Shown piece by piece: positions 1 to 9,604 of a stretch of DNA of 64,000 nucleotides (its first letter is position 1; the number at the start of each line of letters is the position of its first letter). The notes under the pieces were generated by a model, which saw nothing but the letters and a program-made list of their open reading frames with translations, did not search any database and had not been told where the DNA came from. The stretch is taken from assembly GCA_963701855.1 (NCBI GenBank), contig CAVPBK010000006.1, positions 256,001 through 320,000 on the forward strand, given 5' to 3'. A program made the translations under genes and the position numbers. This DNA is from Nitrospirota bacterium (lineage in GTDB: Bacteria; Nitrospirota; Nitrospiria; Nitrospirales; Nitrospiraceae).

Positions 1-993
1 CCAATCGGTTTCGTCGTCTTGTCCCCGATAGTGTTCTTGCGCCGCCGTGAGAAACGCTTCCTGAACATCGATTGCAGAAATCGTCTTCCCCGATTGCAAC
101 TGAACGATCCATTGTCGGTCCTGATCCTGTGACAGTTCCTGCATGGTTTCAACCGGTTCGTTGATCTCAAGATCGAGTGGCGCATGGCCCTCTTCGATCA
201 GCTGAAGAACCAGCCCCGTCGTGCCCAACTTCAAGGCCGTCGCTACTTCAGCCATATTGGAATCGCCCAATAAAAGATGGATGCGCCGATATTGATTGGG
301 ATCGGCCAAGGGCTCATCTCTGGTATTGACTATGGCGCGATTCTGCTGCACCCATTCGAAAAAATCATTCACGATGTAATCTGCGCGCTGAGAAATCTGA
401 AACGGGAGGAGAGCCTCCTGCCCATAGCGATGACCGACTCCTCGAGGGACAAGAAGCCGGTCCATCTGAACCCAGCCGTCCTGAGGACCGGCTGCGCCGA
501 TACGTCCAGCCCCTGTAAAGATCTGTCTGGTGACAAGGAAGGTCACAAAGGGTCCGAGGCCTCGCCGCGTAAAGGGAAAACGCCGCGAGACAAGATAGTT
601 CTCATGTGATCCGAAGGTCGCATCGGTCTCATGATCCACATTGTTCTTGATCAACGACACCGTGTCGGCCAGACCGAGGTCTTGAATCGCATCCTGCAGT
701 AACTGATCGCCTGCGCGGTCGGCGGCCACCACATCGCTGAGCGATTCACACTCCGGCGAGGCCCACTCCAGATGCCCCATGTCGAGATACATGCGCCCAG
801 CGTTGGTGAGAAATCCTCCGTTCCCCGGCGGTTCATCATGCCCTCGATGATGCAGATCGAGCACGCCGCGCCGTTGAACGTGAAAGAGATGGTCTCGAAC
901 TTTATGAGCAAACCAGGTAGGTGAATGATCGGGTCTGTCTTGATTCACCAAGAGTCCGTATTCGGTTTCAAGTCCGAAAATACGGTTCAACAT
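1..993 (-). CDS. pafA: Pup/UBact-protein ligase, PafA family (runs off window start)
   Basis: Absent from the ORF track because it lacks a stop in the window. Read by hand from ATG at 993: MLNRIFGLETEYG...GRMYLDMGHLEWASPEC...KNNVDHETDATFGSHENYL. It follows prcA directly. Confidence 0.9.
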   Translation of the reverse strand, partial: MLNRIFGLETEYGLLVNQDRPDHSPTWFAHKVRDHLFHVQRRGVLDLHHRGHDEPPGNGGFLTNAGRMYLDMGHLEWASPECESLSDVVAADRAGDQLLQDAIQDLGLADTVSLIKNNVDHETDATFGSHENYLVSRRFPFTRRGLGPFVTFLVTRQIFTGAGRIGAAGPQDGWVQMDRLLVPRGVGHRYGQEALLPFQISQRADYIVNDFFEWVQQNRAIVNTRDEPLADPNQYRRIHLLLGDSNMAEVATALKLGTTGLVLQLIEEGHAPLDLEINEPVETMQELSQDQDRQWIVQLQSGKTISAIDVQEAFLTAAQEHYRGQDDETDW

Positions 994-994
994 C

Positions 995-1825
995 TCAATT
1001 CGTCACGACGGATTGAAGCGCCGTAGGCAGGAGGCGTGAAAGGTCTTCCTGCTTGAGAGGCCGATACTTGGAGCTGCCGGGAGCCTGACGCTCAAGGACC
1101 ACGCTTTCGATCGTCCGTTCTCCGACAAGTCCCCGCACGTGTGCGATCAAGGCGTCACTGCCTGGGATGGCGGCAGCCGATGAGCCCGCTCCACTTGTCG
1201 GTGGCTTGGTCTCAGCCTGTTGATCCACCTCGTCCTGTTGCTGCGCTAACGAACCGATCGCCCAAGCACGCAACGCCAGATCCAACGCTTGTGCCAATGA
1301 CAGCGTGACTGGCTGTTGCTCCTTAAGATAGGTCAACATTTTCGCCTGAACAGCCGGAGTGGCAGCCAAGACCGCACGTCCTGTCGTTTCCTCAAAGGTC
1401 CCATCGTAGTTGATCGTCAACAGTGCATCCTTCTCTGGCTTCTGCCCCAATTCTGTCACCAGAATACGGACGATAAATGGCGCCTTATACACTTCTTCAA
1501 AGGCCTGCTTGATCATCGGAGCAATGCCATATTTCACCAATCTCGACCCCGTCACATCGGACGGCGAGCGGTTGAAGCCTTCGACATGCGCCATTTCGAG
1601 CAAACTGAAACGAAGCTTTTCTAAATCCGTGGGATGCCCCATCCCGCCCAATGCCAACCTGTCGTAGATCTCGTAGAGCTTCGGAGTCCCCTTGCTCACA
1701 GTCGTCAGAAGAATGCCCCCATCATAGGTCAGGGCGACAACCGGGCTCCCCTGCTTGAACTGTTCATCGAGATATTGCCGCCGATTGCCGACCGCTTCTA
1801 CCCATCGATAGGGTTCTTCATACAT
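995..1825 (-). CDS. prcA: 20S proteasome alpha subunit
   Basis: GSPVVALTYDGGILL...KLYEIYDRLALGGMG Ntn-fold pattern; lies between prcB and pafA. Confidence 0.9.
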   Translation of the reverse strand: MYEEPYRWVEAVGNRRQYLDEQFKQGSPVVALTYDGGILLTTVSKGTPKLYEIYDRLALGGMGHPTDLEKLRFSLLEMAHVEGFNRSPSDVTGSRLVKYGIAPMIKQAFEEVYKAPFIVRILVTELGQKPEKDALLTINYDGTFEETTGRAVLAATPAVQAKMLTYLKEQQPVTLSLAQALDLALRAWAIGSLAQQQDEVDQQAETKPPTSGAGSSAAAIPGSDALIAHVRGLVGERTIESVVLERQAPGSSKYRPLKQEDLSRLLPTALQSVVTN

Positions 1826-2591
1826 AGCGCACCACCTGCGATTCGTAGAGGGGTTTCAATGTTGCATCCGACACCGTCTGCACACCAGCCCCGGCAATCA
1901 ACTTGATCACGGGATACAAACTCGCCTCCCGGTTGACACCGCCGGTCGCCGAATCAAATTCTGCCGCGCTCGTAAGCAATCGTAACGCCTGCACCATAGC
2001 CTGTTCTTCCGATAGCGCATTGAGGGGTTGTTCGCCCCACGTATTCAGATAGTGCAAGATCCCTCGGATCGTGGGAGAACCGGACCCGGATACGGCATAT
2101 TCCACGCCTTCAAACTCCGCGCCGAGGATATCGTAGAAATAGATCTTAGCCGAGCCCTGCTCCAGATCGAATCCGGCAAACACCGGAACCACCGCGCCAG
2201 TCCCGGCCAAGGCCGCAGGCACATTCTCCTTCAAGAGCTTGGAGACGGCGCGCAGCTTGCCGTCGAAACTCAATTCTTGCAGCTGCGTTCTCCGGTAGTA
2301 TTTGAAGGAATGTTCCAGGACTCGCACCATTTCATAGGCCGTCGCCGGGACACCGGCAATCGCCATGACACTGTGCCGATCGATCTCCAACACTTTGTCC
2401 GTACGATCGTACATCACCATGTTGCCGGCGGTCGCGCGACGATCTCCGGCTACCAGCACGCCATCGCGATACTTGAAGGCCAAAATCGTGGTGGCATTTG
2501 TGAGTGCATGGCCAGTCCCCACCGATGTCGGCACGCCAAGTGTGTAGCCCTGCTCCTTCAACAGTTGAAAAAAATCCCCTTGCATCCCCAT
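1818..2591 (-). CDS. prcB: 20S proteasome beta subunit with propeptide
   Basis: TTILAFKY..GVLVAGDRRAT..DK and SGSGS match the Thr1/Asp17/Lys33/Ser129 catalytic pattern. Confidence 0.92.
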   Translation of the reverse strand: MGMQGDFFQLLKEQGYTLGVPTSVGTGHALTNATTILAFKYRDGVLVAGDRRATAGNMVMYDRTDKVLEIDRHSVMAIAGVPATAYEMVRVLEHSFKYYRRTQLQELSFDGKLRAVSKLLKENVPAALAGTGAVVPVFAGFDLEQGSAKIYFYDILGAEFEGVEYAVSGSGSPTIRGILHYLNTWGEQPLNALSEEQAMVQALRLLTSAAEFDSATGGVNREASLYPVIKLIAGAGVQTVSDATLKPLYESQVVRYV

Positions 2592-2603
2592 CTCGTCCCC
2601 TTA

Positions 2604-2685
2604 GTTCTGAGTAAAGAGTTCTGAGTACTGAGTAGTCGTTCAAGTCCTGAGTTCTAATCCGTTCTGATTACTCAAGACTCAGCGC
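2604..2685. repeat. Short heptamer-like (CTGAGTW) repeat tract forming an imperfect palindrome between ubact and prcB
   Basis: TGAGT units at the left (ttctgagta, ttctgagtactgagta, cctgagtt) and ACTCA units at the right (tactcaagactcag). Confidence 0.5.
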
Positions 2686-2692
2686 TTATCTT

Positions 2693-2887
2693 CTACTGTC
2701 CCGTCCGTTGCCGATACCGCTCGGCCTGTTTCGGATCGACCTTTCGCATGCGCTTGAGCAAATTATCTTTATCGGGCGACCCAGTCTCCGGCCGTTTCGG
2801 CCCACCGCCCTCATCGGACGGACTCGGGGCCTTTGGCATCGGATTACCTGGCCCTTCACGACGTTCCGGCATAGAGATGTAGCTCAT
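2693..2887 (-). CDS. ubact: Ubiquitin-like modifier UBact (Pup analogue), 64 aa
   Basis: Pro/Gly-rich small protein ending LLKRMRKVDPKQAERYRQRTGQ (R[ST]G[EQ] terminus); ATG at 2887 overlaps the dop stop (ATGA). Confidence 0.92.
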   Translation of the reverse strand: MSYISMPERREGPGNPMPKAPSPSDEGGGPKRPETGSPDKDNLLKRMRKVDPKQAERYRQRTGQ

Positions 2888-4410
2888 GATCGAGACTCCT
2901 TTTCTCTGCTCCATGTGTTCAGCGCATCCATCGGAGATGCCGCATGCTCAAATATCTGCGCACAGGCTTGAACCGCCTGTGGCTCGAAGAGGTCGCCCAT
3001 CTCCAATGTTCGCGGGAGCAGCCCCCCGTTGAACTGAATACATTCCCACTGCATCGACTTGATCTGATCAGGAAACCGCCTGACGCAGAGACCTCGGATC
3101 CCCGCTCTGGTATCGGCCGGACCGGCCACCAACGCCAATTCGATATCCCGCTCCGATGTCATCCTCCAGGCCTTCCCCTCGGCCTCGAACCCCAGGAAAA
3201 GCCCGCGATCCAGATTCACATTATGGTACTCCAAATCCAAACTCGCCAGCCAGGGATCATCCCAGCCAATCCGCTCTTCTTGCATAAAGGTTTCCAACAG
3301 CCAGAGCTTGGTAACCCAATCGAGCTTCCCAACCAGTTGCCGTCGATCGCCGATGAGTAACCGCAGTGTAGCGGCCCATTCGCGAAGTATCCAATCGGTC
3401 TCTGCGTCAGTACCGGCCAAATGCTTCTCTGCCGCAAGATAGTACTGTTCTTGAATGTCGAGACCCGTGATGGTGCTGCCGTTCTTCTGACGAACCGTTG
3501 CCTTCAGATTCTGATCGCGAGACAGCTGCTTCACCGCCGTGACGGGCTGTTCCATTTCAAGACCCGGCGCAGCTCCACGCGCGATCAACTCCAGCGCCAA
3601 CTGCGTCGTCCCGACTTTCAATGCCGTGGCGTATTCGCACATGTTGGCATCGCCGATGATGAGATGAAGCCGCCGATATTTTTCTCTCACTGCATGAGGC
3701 TCGTCCCTTGTATTCAGAATCGGACGATTGTGCATCGTATCGACGCTCAAGTCCGTCTCCATAAAGTCGGCTCGTTGAGAGAGCTGGTAGTGGCCAGGCA
3801 CGAACCCGCTTTCTTGACCCTCCACCCCGACTTTGCCGGCTCCAGCTATGACCTGCCGGCTGACGAGGAACGGCAGCAGCCCCGCAGTCAGTGAAGGGAA
3901 GGGAATGGAACGAGAGACCAGATAGTTGTCGTGACATCCGTAACTATGTCCATGAAAATCCGTGTTGTTCTTGTAGAGCTGCACATGCTGCCCGCCGAGC
4001 ACATGATTACGCCGCTCTGCCGCCCGCTGGGCAATGCGCTCACCGGCACGGTCATGGGCCAGGAGATCTTTCAGCGTTCGACATTCAGGCGTGGAATACT
4101 CAGGGTGCGTATGGTCGTTGTAGAAGCGCGCGCCATTCGGGAGAACAAGATCGCTCTTCATCTCATGAAACGAAAACGGCCGATGGGCATCGACCTTGGC
4201 GAATTCGTCTTCTTCTTTATCTTGCTGCAGGCCAAGGACTCGGAACCCCCGCGCATCTTCATGCGGATCTTCACCGCCATAGTCCCATCGCCGCTCGAAC
4301 GAGGCAGTCAGATGGGCCCGTACCAATTCCATCGACTCCACGACCGGATCAACCGCGTCCTGGTCTTCCCTCGTAATCCCATACTCCGTTTCGATGCCGA
4401 ATAGCCGCAT
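2884..4410 (-). CDS. dop: Deamidase/depupylase, Dop family
   Basis: MRLFGIETEYG, NGARFYNDHTHPEYSTPEC, LYKNNTD..SYGCHDNY, RLHLIIGDAN; the DHxHPEYS motif distinguishes Dop from PafA. Start trimmed to ATG 4410. Confidence 0.88.
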   Translation of the reverse strand: MRLFGIETEYGITREDQDAVDPVVESMELVRAHLTASFERRWDYGGEDPHEDARGFRVLGLQQDKEEDEFAKVDAHRPFSFHEMKSDLVLPNGARFYNDHTHPEYSTPECRTLKDLLAHDRAGERIAQRAAERRNHVLGGQHVQLYKNNTDFHGHSYGCHDNYLVSRSIPFPSLTAGLLPFLVSRQVIAGAGKVGVEGQESGFVPGHYQLSQRADFMETDLSVDTMHNRPILNTRDEPHAVREKYRRLHLIIGDANMCEYATALKVGTTQLALELIARGAAPGLEMEQPVTAVKQLSRDQNLKATVRQKNGSTITGLDIQEQYYLAAEKHLAGTDAETDWILREWAATLRLLIGDRRQLVGKLDWVTKLWLLETFMQEERIGWDDPWLASLDLEYHNVNLDRGLFLGFEAEGKAWRMTSERDIELALVAGPADTRAGIRGLCVRRFPDQIKSMQWECIQFNGGLLPRTLEMGDLFEPQAVQACAQIFEHAASPMDALNTWSREKESRS

Positions 4411-4551
4411 CTTCGTTCCCATCTTCCTCACTACTCTCAGGGACAGAATCACGATCAGGTAGCTGGGGTGCTCTCGACTGCACCCATCGAGCGACCACAT
4501 TCTGATCGTGCGGCTCTGAGAGCAAAGAAAGCCCCCAGCCCACCTGATCCC

Positions 4552-6309
4552 TTATATAATCTGTCCTATCAGCTTCTCTTCGGACTGCCGCCCCCTTCGG
4601 AAAGAGGAAACTCCGACGACCTGTTCTGGATGATGGTCGAGGAGTTTGAGCCATTCTTCCGCCGCATCATCAGGTGGCAACATCTCGCCCTCTCGGAATT
4701 CTGCGTGAACGGAATTCACCAGATCATCCAAGGTCATGCCGCCTTGCTCGGCCACGCCAGCCGCGATCATGCGATCGATGGCCTGCTCCTTTGCTCGTTG
4801 AACGATCGAAGCCAGGATCGCACCGCTGATCAGATCGCTCCGATAGAGGATCTTATTCTGCCCGTTTCGGAGCCTGATCGACAGAAGCCGATTCTCCTCG
4901 ATGCGCAAAAAGATCGCAGAGAGCGCATGCTCGATGAGGTCGGCACAGGCCTTCTTCCGGTCTCCGCCGTGCTGGTCGATCCATTGCCGGTCCAGAGGCA
5001 GGTCATCTGTCAGGTACACGTTAAGAATCGCTGCTGCCGAGTCACGATTCGGGCGGCTCACTTTGATCTTACGATCGATACGCCCGGGACGCAGCACAGC
5101 CGGATCGATCAGATCCGGTCGATTCGAAGCCAGAATGATCACCACATCGCGCAGCGACTCGATCCCGTCCATCTCGGAACAGAACATCGGGACCAGGGTA
5201 CTGGAGATGTTGAATGAACGAGAGGCCCGTCTCGTGCCGAGAACCGACTCCGCCTCATCGATAAAGATAAAGGGTAACGCTCCCTCCTTCCGCCGAGCGC
5301 GGGCCTGGGCGAAAAGATCCCTGACCATCCGCTCCGATTCTCCCAACCACATGTTCAGAATCTCTGGCCCCTTGATGTGGAGGAAGGCCCCGCGAGTCAC
5401 CGGCAGCCTATCTCCATCCGCACCGGATACGCCCTGGTCCGACTCTCCCACCAGCTTTGAGAGGCTGGCGGCCGCTGCTTGTCCTATCAACGTCTTTCCG
5501 CAGCCGGGAGGGCCGTAGAGCAGGAAGCCCTTGGGTTGAGTGAACTTGAAGCGCTGAAACGTAGCCGCATGGATCAAGGGATACTCGATGGCTTTCTGAA
5601 TAGCTGCGATCGCTTCTGTTTGCCCCCCGATCTGCTCCCATGTGACCGTGGGAACCTCGTCGAGCAAGTGGGACTTGGCTTTCCGGTCTTCCAATTTCTC
5701 GATCGCCACGTGAAGGCTGGGATCGATACGCACCTCATCGCCGGCCTTCAGGTCCACACCGACAAGATCGCTCGACCGCTGGAGAATCAAGACCTGCCGT
5801 CCCATCTCTTGCTCGAAACGAAGCCGCCCATCGGCCAAGGCTTCCGCCACTTTCAACACGGGCCCATTACGATCATAGCCCAATATCTTAATGACTGCGT
5901 AGGCTTCGTTAACCAGAATCTGGGCGCCGATCTTTAACTCAGTAGCCTGCACCCGTGGATCGACCGAAGCATAATACTCAGCACCCCCTACCAGAATCCG
6001 TGCGAGACCTTCCCCTGGCACCTCAAGCAAGGTACCGACCCGATTAGCAGGCGCCGTGAGCTTCGCGATCACGTCGGCCACTTTCTTGAATTCAACCTCG
6101 CGCTGCTGCTGCGCCGCTTGACCAAGGATCACAACATGACGCAGCTTGTAGAGGATCTTCTGCCGAGGATCACTGTCCGGGAATGAGGCGAGACATTGCT
6201 CGATAAGATCAAGGGGATCGGACTCCATGCGCGTTGACGGATTTGCGGTATCCTCCGTCTTCCCGTTGGACGATGGATCCTGTGGCTGAGCGGGTCGGCG
6301 ATCACTCAT
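4552..6309 (-). CDS. arc: Proteasomal AAA+ ATPase ARC/Mpa
   Basis: N-terminal coiled coil and OB-like region, Walker A GPPGCGKT, IKGPEILNMWLGESE pore loop, Walker B FIDEAE, SRH SNRPDLIDPAVLRPGRID. Confidence 0.92.
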   Translation of the reverse strand: MSDRRPAQPQDPSSNGKTEDTANPSTRMESDPLDLIEQCLASFPDSDPRQKILYKLRHVVILGQAAQQQREVEFKKVADVIAKLTAPANRVGTLLEVPGEGLARILVGGAEYYASVDPRVQATELKIGAQILVNEAYAVIKILGYDRNGPVLKVAEALADGRLRFEQEMGRQVLILQRSSDLVGVDLKAGDEVRIDPSLHVAIEKLEDRKAKSHLLDEVPTVTWEQIGGQTEAIAAIQKAIEYPLIHAATFQRFKFTQPKGFLLYGPPGCGKTLIGQAAAASLSKLVGESDQGVSGADGDRLPVTRGAFLHIKGPEILNMWLGESERMVRDLFAQARARRKEGALPFIFIDEAESVLGTRRASRSFNISSTLVPMFCSEMDGIESLRDVVIILASNRPDLIDPAVLRPGRIDRKIKVSRPNRDSAAAILNVYLTDDLPLDRQWIDQHGGDRKKACADLIEHALSAIFLRIEENRLLSIRLRNGQNKILYRSDLISGAILASIVQRAKEQAIDRMIAAGVAEQGGMTLDDLVNSVHAEFREGEMLPPDDAAEEWLKLLDHHPEQVVGVSSFRRGRQSEEKLIGQII

Positions 6310-6370
6310 CGGTGGTCCTCCATGCGAAACAGATGGATGATCCTACCATAGCGACCTCGCGGATTGCCGA

Positions 6371-7492
6371 TCAATTGACGGCTTGGAGGGTTACGGATAC
6401 ACGTTCGTGGCGGGCTCCCCGTAGGATTTCGACCGTGACCTGGTCATTGACTTTGTGCCGTTCCATCACATCCATCAGTTCATCCAGGGTTCCGACTTGC
6501 TTGCCGTCGACTGCCGTGATGATGTCACCCAACTCCACACGTCCGACGACAGTCTCACGCGCACCCTTCAGCCCGGCCTGCTCCGCCCCGCCGCCACGCG
6601 ATACCTTGCCGATAATCAGTCCCTTGATCCCCCACCGCTTGGCCATCGCATCGGGAACGAGCGAGACTCCGAGCCCTGGTCGAATGAGCTTGCCATGTTT
6701 GATGAGCTCCGGGACAATCCGGTTAACCGTATCGACCGGAACGGCAAAGCCGATTCCAGCGAAGGCCCCACTTGGGCTGACAATCTGAGTATTCACACCG
6801 ATCAATCGCCCAATGCTATCGAGCAGCGGCCCACCGGAGTTCCCCGGATTGATCGCAGCATCGGTTTGAATGACGCCTTCAATCGTACGGTTCGATAATG
6901 ATTTGATCGTCCGACCCAAGGCGCTCACCACGCCAGTCGTCAGCGTATGATCGAGGCCGAACGGATTCCCGATCGCCAATACTTTCTGTCCGACGCGCAA
7001 GTCCTGCGACGTTCCAACGGTGAGGGGCGAGAGCGCTTCTTCAGGCGCACGGATCTGCAGCACCGCCACATCGTGATCGGGATCGGCGCCGATGAGCGTG
7101 GCCTTATACTCCGTCCGATCGGCCAACGTGACGGTGACCGAACTGGCCCCATAGACGACATGAAAATTGGTGACGATGTGCCCCTGCTTGTTCCAGACAA
7201 ATCCCGATCCGGACCCTTGTGGGACCTCAAAGAGATTGAACGACCAGGGATCTCGCTGGATCGCCGTATTCGCAATGAAGACCACGGACTTCGTCGCCCG
7301 CTCGAACACGGCCATCGTGGCCCGCTCATCCAAGCCCAATTCGGCTGGCGAGGGCGTCACGACGCGCGGCTTCCCTTCAGGGCCATCATAGGCCCCGCCT
7401 AACGGCTTGCCCCACTCCGCCGGCGATAAGGCAGGCCAAAGACAGATGAGTAACAGTCCTGCCGAAACGACAAGCTCCTTCATCGCAATCAC
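6371..7492 (-). CDS. HtrA/DegP-family serine protease with one PDZ domain and a signal peptide
   Basis: Catalytic triad TNFHV / DVAVL / QTDAAINPGNSGGPL; C-terminal PDZ (GDIITAVDG). Confidence 0.92.
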   Translation of the reverse strand: MIAMKELVVSAGLLLICLWPALSPAEWGKPLGGAYDGPEGKPRVVTPSPAELGLDERATMAVFERATKSVVFIANTAIQRDPWSFNLFEVPQGSGSGFVWNKQGHIVTNFHVVYGASSVTVTLADRTEYKATLIGADPDHDVAVLQIRAPEEALSPLTVGTSQDLRVGQKVLAIGNPFGLDHTLTTGVVSALGRTIKSLSNRTIEGVIQTDAAINPGNSGGPLLDSIGRLIGVNTQIVSPSGAFAGIGFAVPVDTVNRIVPELIKHGKLIRPGLGVSLVPDAMAKRWGIKGLIIGKVSRGGGAEQAGLKGARETVVGRVELGDIITAVDGKQVGTLDELMDVMERHKVNDQVTVEILRGARHERVSVTLQAVN

Positions 7493-7911
7493 TCACCCAT
7501 GATTTGGACAATAATTTCTCTGATCCGGGATCTGGTATCGAAATCGACAAGCACAATCTGTTGCCAGTTCCCTAGCAACATCGCTCCGGCCAGGAAGGGA
7601 ATCGTGACCGATGGCCCTTGTAGTTGACCTCGCAGGTGACTGTGGCCGTTGTCCTCACCGGCATTCCTTGTATTGTGCTGCCAGGCAGGATCGGCAGGCA
7701 CAGCCCGATCCCAGAAGGCTTTGGTATCGGCCCTGATGCCCGGTTCATCTTCAATGATCATCACCGACGCGGTGGTGTGCTTGACAAACACCGTCACGAT
7801 CCCAGCCAACAGCCCGGTGCCTGCCAAGGCGTCGGTCACGGACTTCGTCATGTTTTCGATCTGCGTGTTCCCCTGCATGGGGACACGCAACGACACTGTC
7901 TTGACCGCCAT
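7489..7911 (-). CDS. yjbQ: YjbQ/UPF0047 family protein
   Basis: HTTAS..EDEP, HN...DNGHSHL, LGNWQQI..DFD motifs; start taken at ATG 7911. Confidence 0.88.
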   Translation of the reverse strand: MAVKTVSLRVPMQGNTQIENMTKSVTDALAGTGLLAGIVTVFVKHTTASVMIIEDEPGIRADTKAFWDRAVPADPAWQHNTRNAGEDNGHSHLRGQLQGPSVTIPFLAGAMLLGNWQQIVLVDFDTRSRIREIIVQIMGE

Positions 7912-7912
7912 C

Positions 7913-8782
7913 TCAGGACTCCATCGCTCGGAGCGCTTGTCGCTCACCCCGCGTAAAGGCGCAGCCACGAGCCTCCTTGATGATCGCATCGAACTCACCT
8001 TGCGCTGTCAACCGGCGCAACGCCTCCATCACAGCCCCGCTCAATATTCCTTCCTGCTGCAGCTTCTCCAAATAGCCGAAGGCATCGACCAACGTCTCTT
8101 TCTTCCGCACATAGTAGTCCCTTCCACGACGCTGATTGCTGTAGGCTTCAAACTGTTCGCAAGCAACAAGAATCTCCGCCAACTGCCTGACCCAGGGTTT
8201 GGCCGACACCAACTTCTCCGGATAGTAATAGTACAACATCACTTGCTGCATCCAAGGCGCCCAGGTCACTCCCATCTTTCTGATGGTTGGTTGAACCGTA
8301 CGCAACTGACGGGCAAGCCGACGCGAATACCCCAACCGCATCTCGACCTGTTCCTTGGCCCAAGGGGTCATCGCTATGCCATCGGCCTCAAGATTGTTTC
8401 TATAGCACCGGAGAAAGGCCTCCGTTTCGCGCCCGTAAGTCGTCTCTGGATGTATGGCTCTCCATTCACGCGGTCTGGTCGGAATGCCGCGCTCCTTGGC
8501 CCAGGACCAAATTTTCCCGAAGAGCCGGCGATCGAGCCCAGCGCGGCCTAAGTCATGCAGCAAACACGCGATCTGATACTGGTGAACCCGCCCGGCTCCG
8601 TGACCCAATGCTGTGGCCACTGATGCACACATACGCGCTGTCCGCACCGCATGCGGCCGATCGTACCCACGAATGATGCGGTCAGGGTGAACAGGATGAG
8701 GGTAATCGTAGAGACGCATTAACCGAGACAGGAGTACACGGGAAACCAGGAGCGGAGCGCGTATATGAACAGGTTGCATCAT
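7913..8782 (-). CDS. HD-domain-like protein with a degenerate second metal site
   Basis: PHAVRTA...ACLLHDLGRAG HD motif; later YYYYPE and ILVACEQFEAY where HD-GYP proteins have HHE and ADxFDA. Start uncertain. Confidence 0.65.
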   Translation of the reverse strand: MMQPVHIRAPLLVSRVLLSRLMRLYDYPHPVHPDRIIRGYDRPHAVRTARMCASVATALGHGAGRVHQYQIACLLHDLGRAGLDRRLFGKIWSWAKERGIPTRPREWRAIHPETTYGRETEAFLRCYRNNLEADGIAMTPWAKEQVEMRLGYSRRLARQLRTVQPTIRKMGVTWAPWMQQVMLYYYYPEKLVSAKPWVRQLAEILVACEQFEAYSNQRRGRDYYVRKKETLVDAFGYLEKLQQEGILSGAVMEALRRLTAQGEFDAIIKEARGCAFTRGERQALRAMES

Positions 8783-8956
8783 GAGTTGGAACGAAGCGGA
8801 CGAATGGGTTACGGATACAGCCACGAGGAGGATATCGTTCGATGAAACGAGGTGTCAAGGCAAGCCTGTGCACTAACGCTCGATGAAAGTCCTGATCTCT
8901 GCTATGCTCGGACCGAGGGCCAAGGAAGTGTCCGCCCAGGTCGATATGGTAACACG

Positions 8957-9604
8957 ATGACAAGAACGCATTGGAGCACGGCGGTAGTTATGGGCGGAGT
9001 CCTCTTCTCCTGCACCCTGATGACCTCGATAACGGAACTCGCAGCATTCTCGCTGGATCAACTCACTGAGCTGACAGGCAAGGCCTCCGTCATCGTCACC
9101 CTCAAAGGGCGCGACAACTTTACGAGCGAATACCGCTACGATATCAGCGTCAGGAACCACACGTCTGATCTGCTGATCGCCGACTCGCTAGTGATTGTCC
9201 TCGACAAAATTACCAACCTTGCAGGCGAAGACCACGAAGGGTTGACAGGCGAATCCTTCCTCACCCGGTTTGAAGTGCTGGGACAGGACGGCGAAACTAA
9301 TGATGGCAAACCTTTTTTCCGCATTCCGGTCGGCCCATCCCCGGACCTCGGCCCACTCACCGATAGCCTCCCTGCCAGCATCCGCCTCAGGAACAAAGAT
9401 TACCTCGCAGTATTCACGCCTTCTTTCAAAGTGTTGGGACAAAAACGTCCGCCGCCTGAGCCCAAACAAACCCAAGCTACTCCAGTTCAGCCGGGAACCA
9501 ATCCGACCGCGCCCAGTCGCAGCTCCGTCGACAAGCTGATTCAGTTATTGATCAAAAAAGGCGTGGTGACAGAAGAGGAGTGGCGCAAGGCCAACCAGCC
9601 ATGA
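8957..9604 (+). CDS. Exported hypothetical protein
   Basis: N-terminal hydrophobic signal, Pro-rich linker, C-terminal LIQLLIKKGVVTEEEW helix; stop overlaps the next ATG. Confidence 0.7.
   Translation: MTRTHWSTAVVMGGVLFSCTLMTSITELAAFSLDQLTELTGKASVIVTLKGRDNFTSEYRYDISVRNHTSDLLIADSLVIVLDKITNLAGEDHEGLTGESFLTRFEVLGQDGETNDGKPFFRIPVGPSPDLGPLTDSLPASIRLRNKDYLAVFTPSFKVLGQKRPPPEPKQTQATPVQPGTNPTAPSRSSVDKLIQLLIKKGVVTEEEWRKANQP

Noticed and set aside
277..911. ORFs 277-609 (+) and 651-911 (-)
   Set aside because: Shadow frames of pafA, which runs from 993 off the window start
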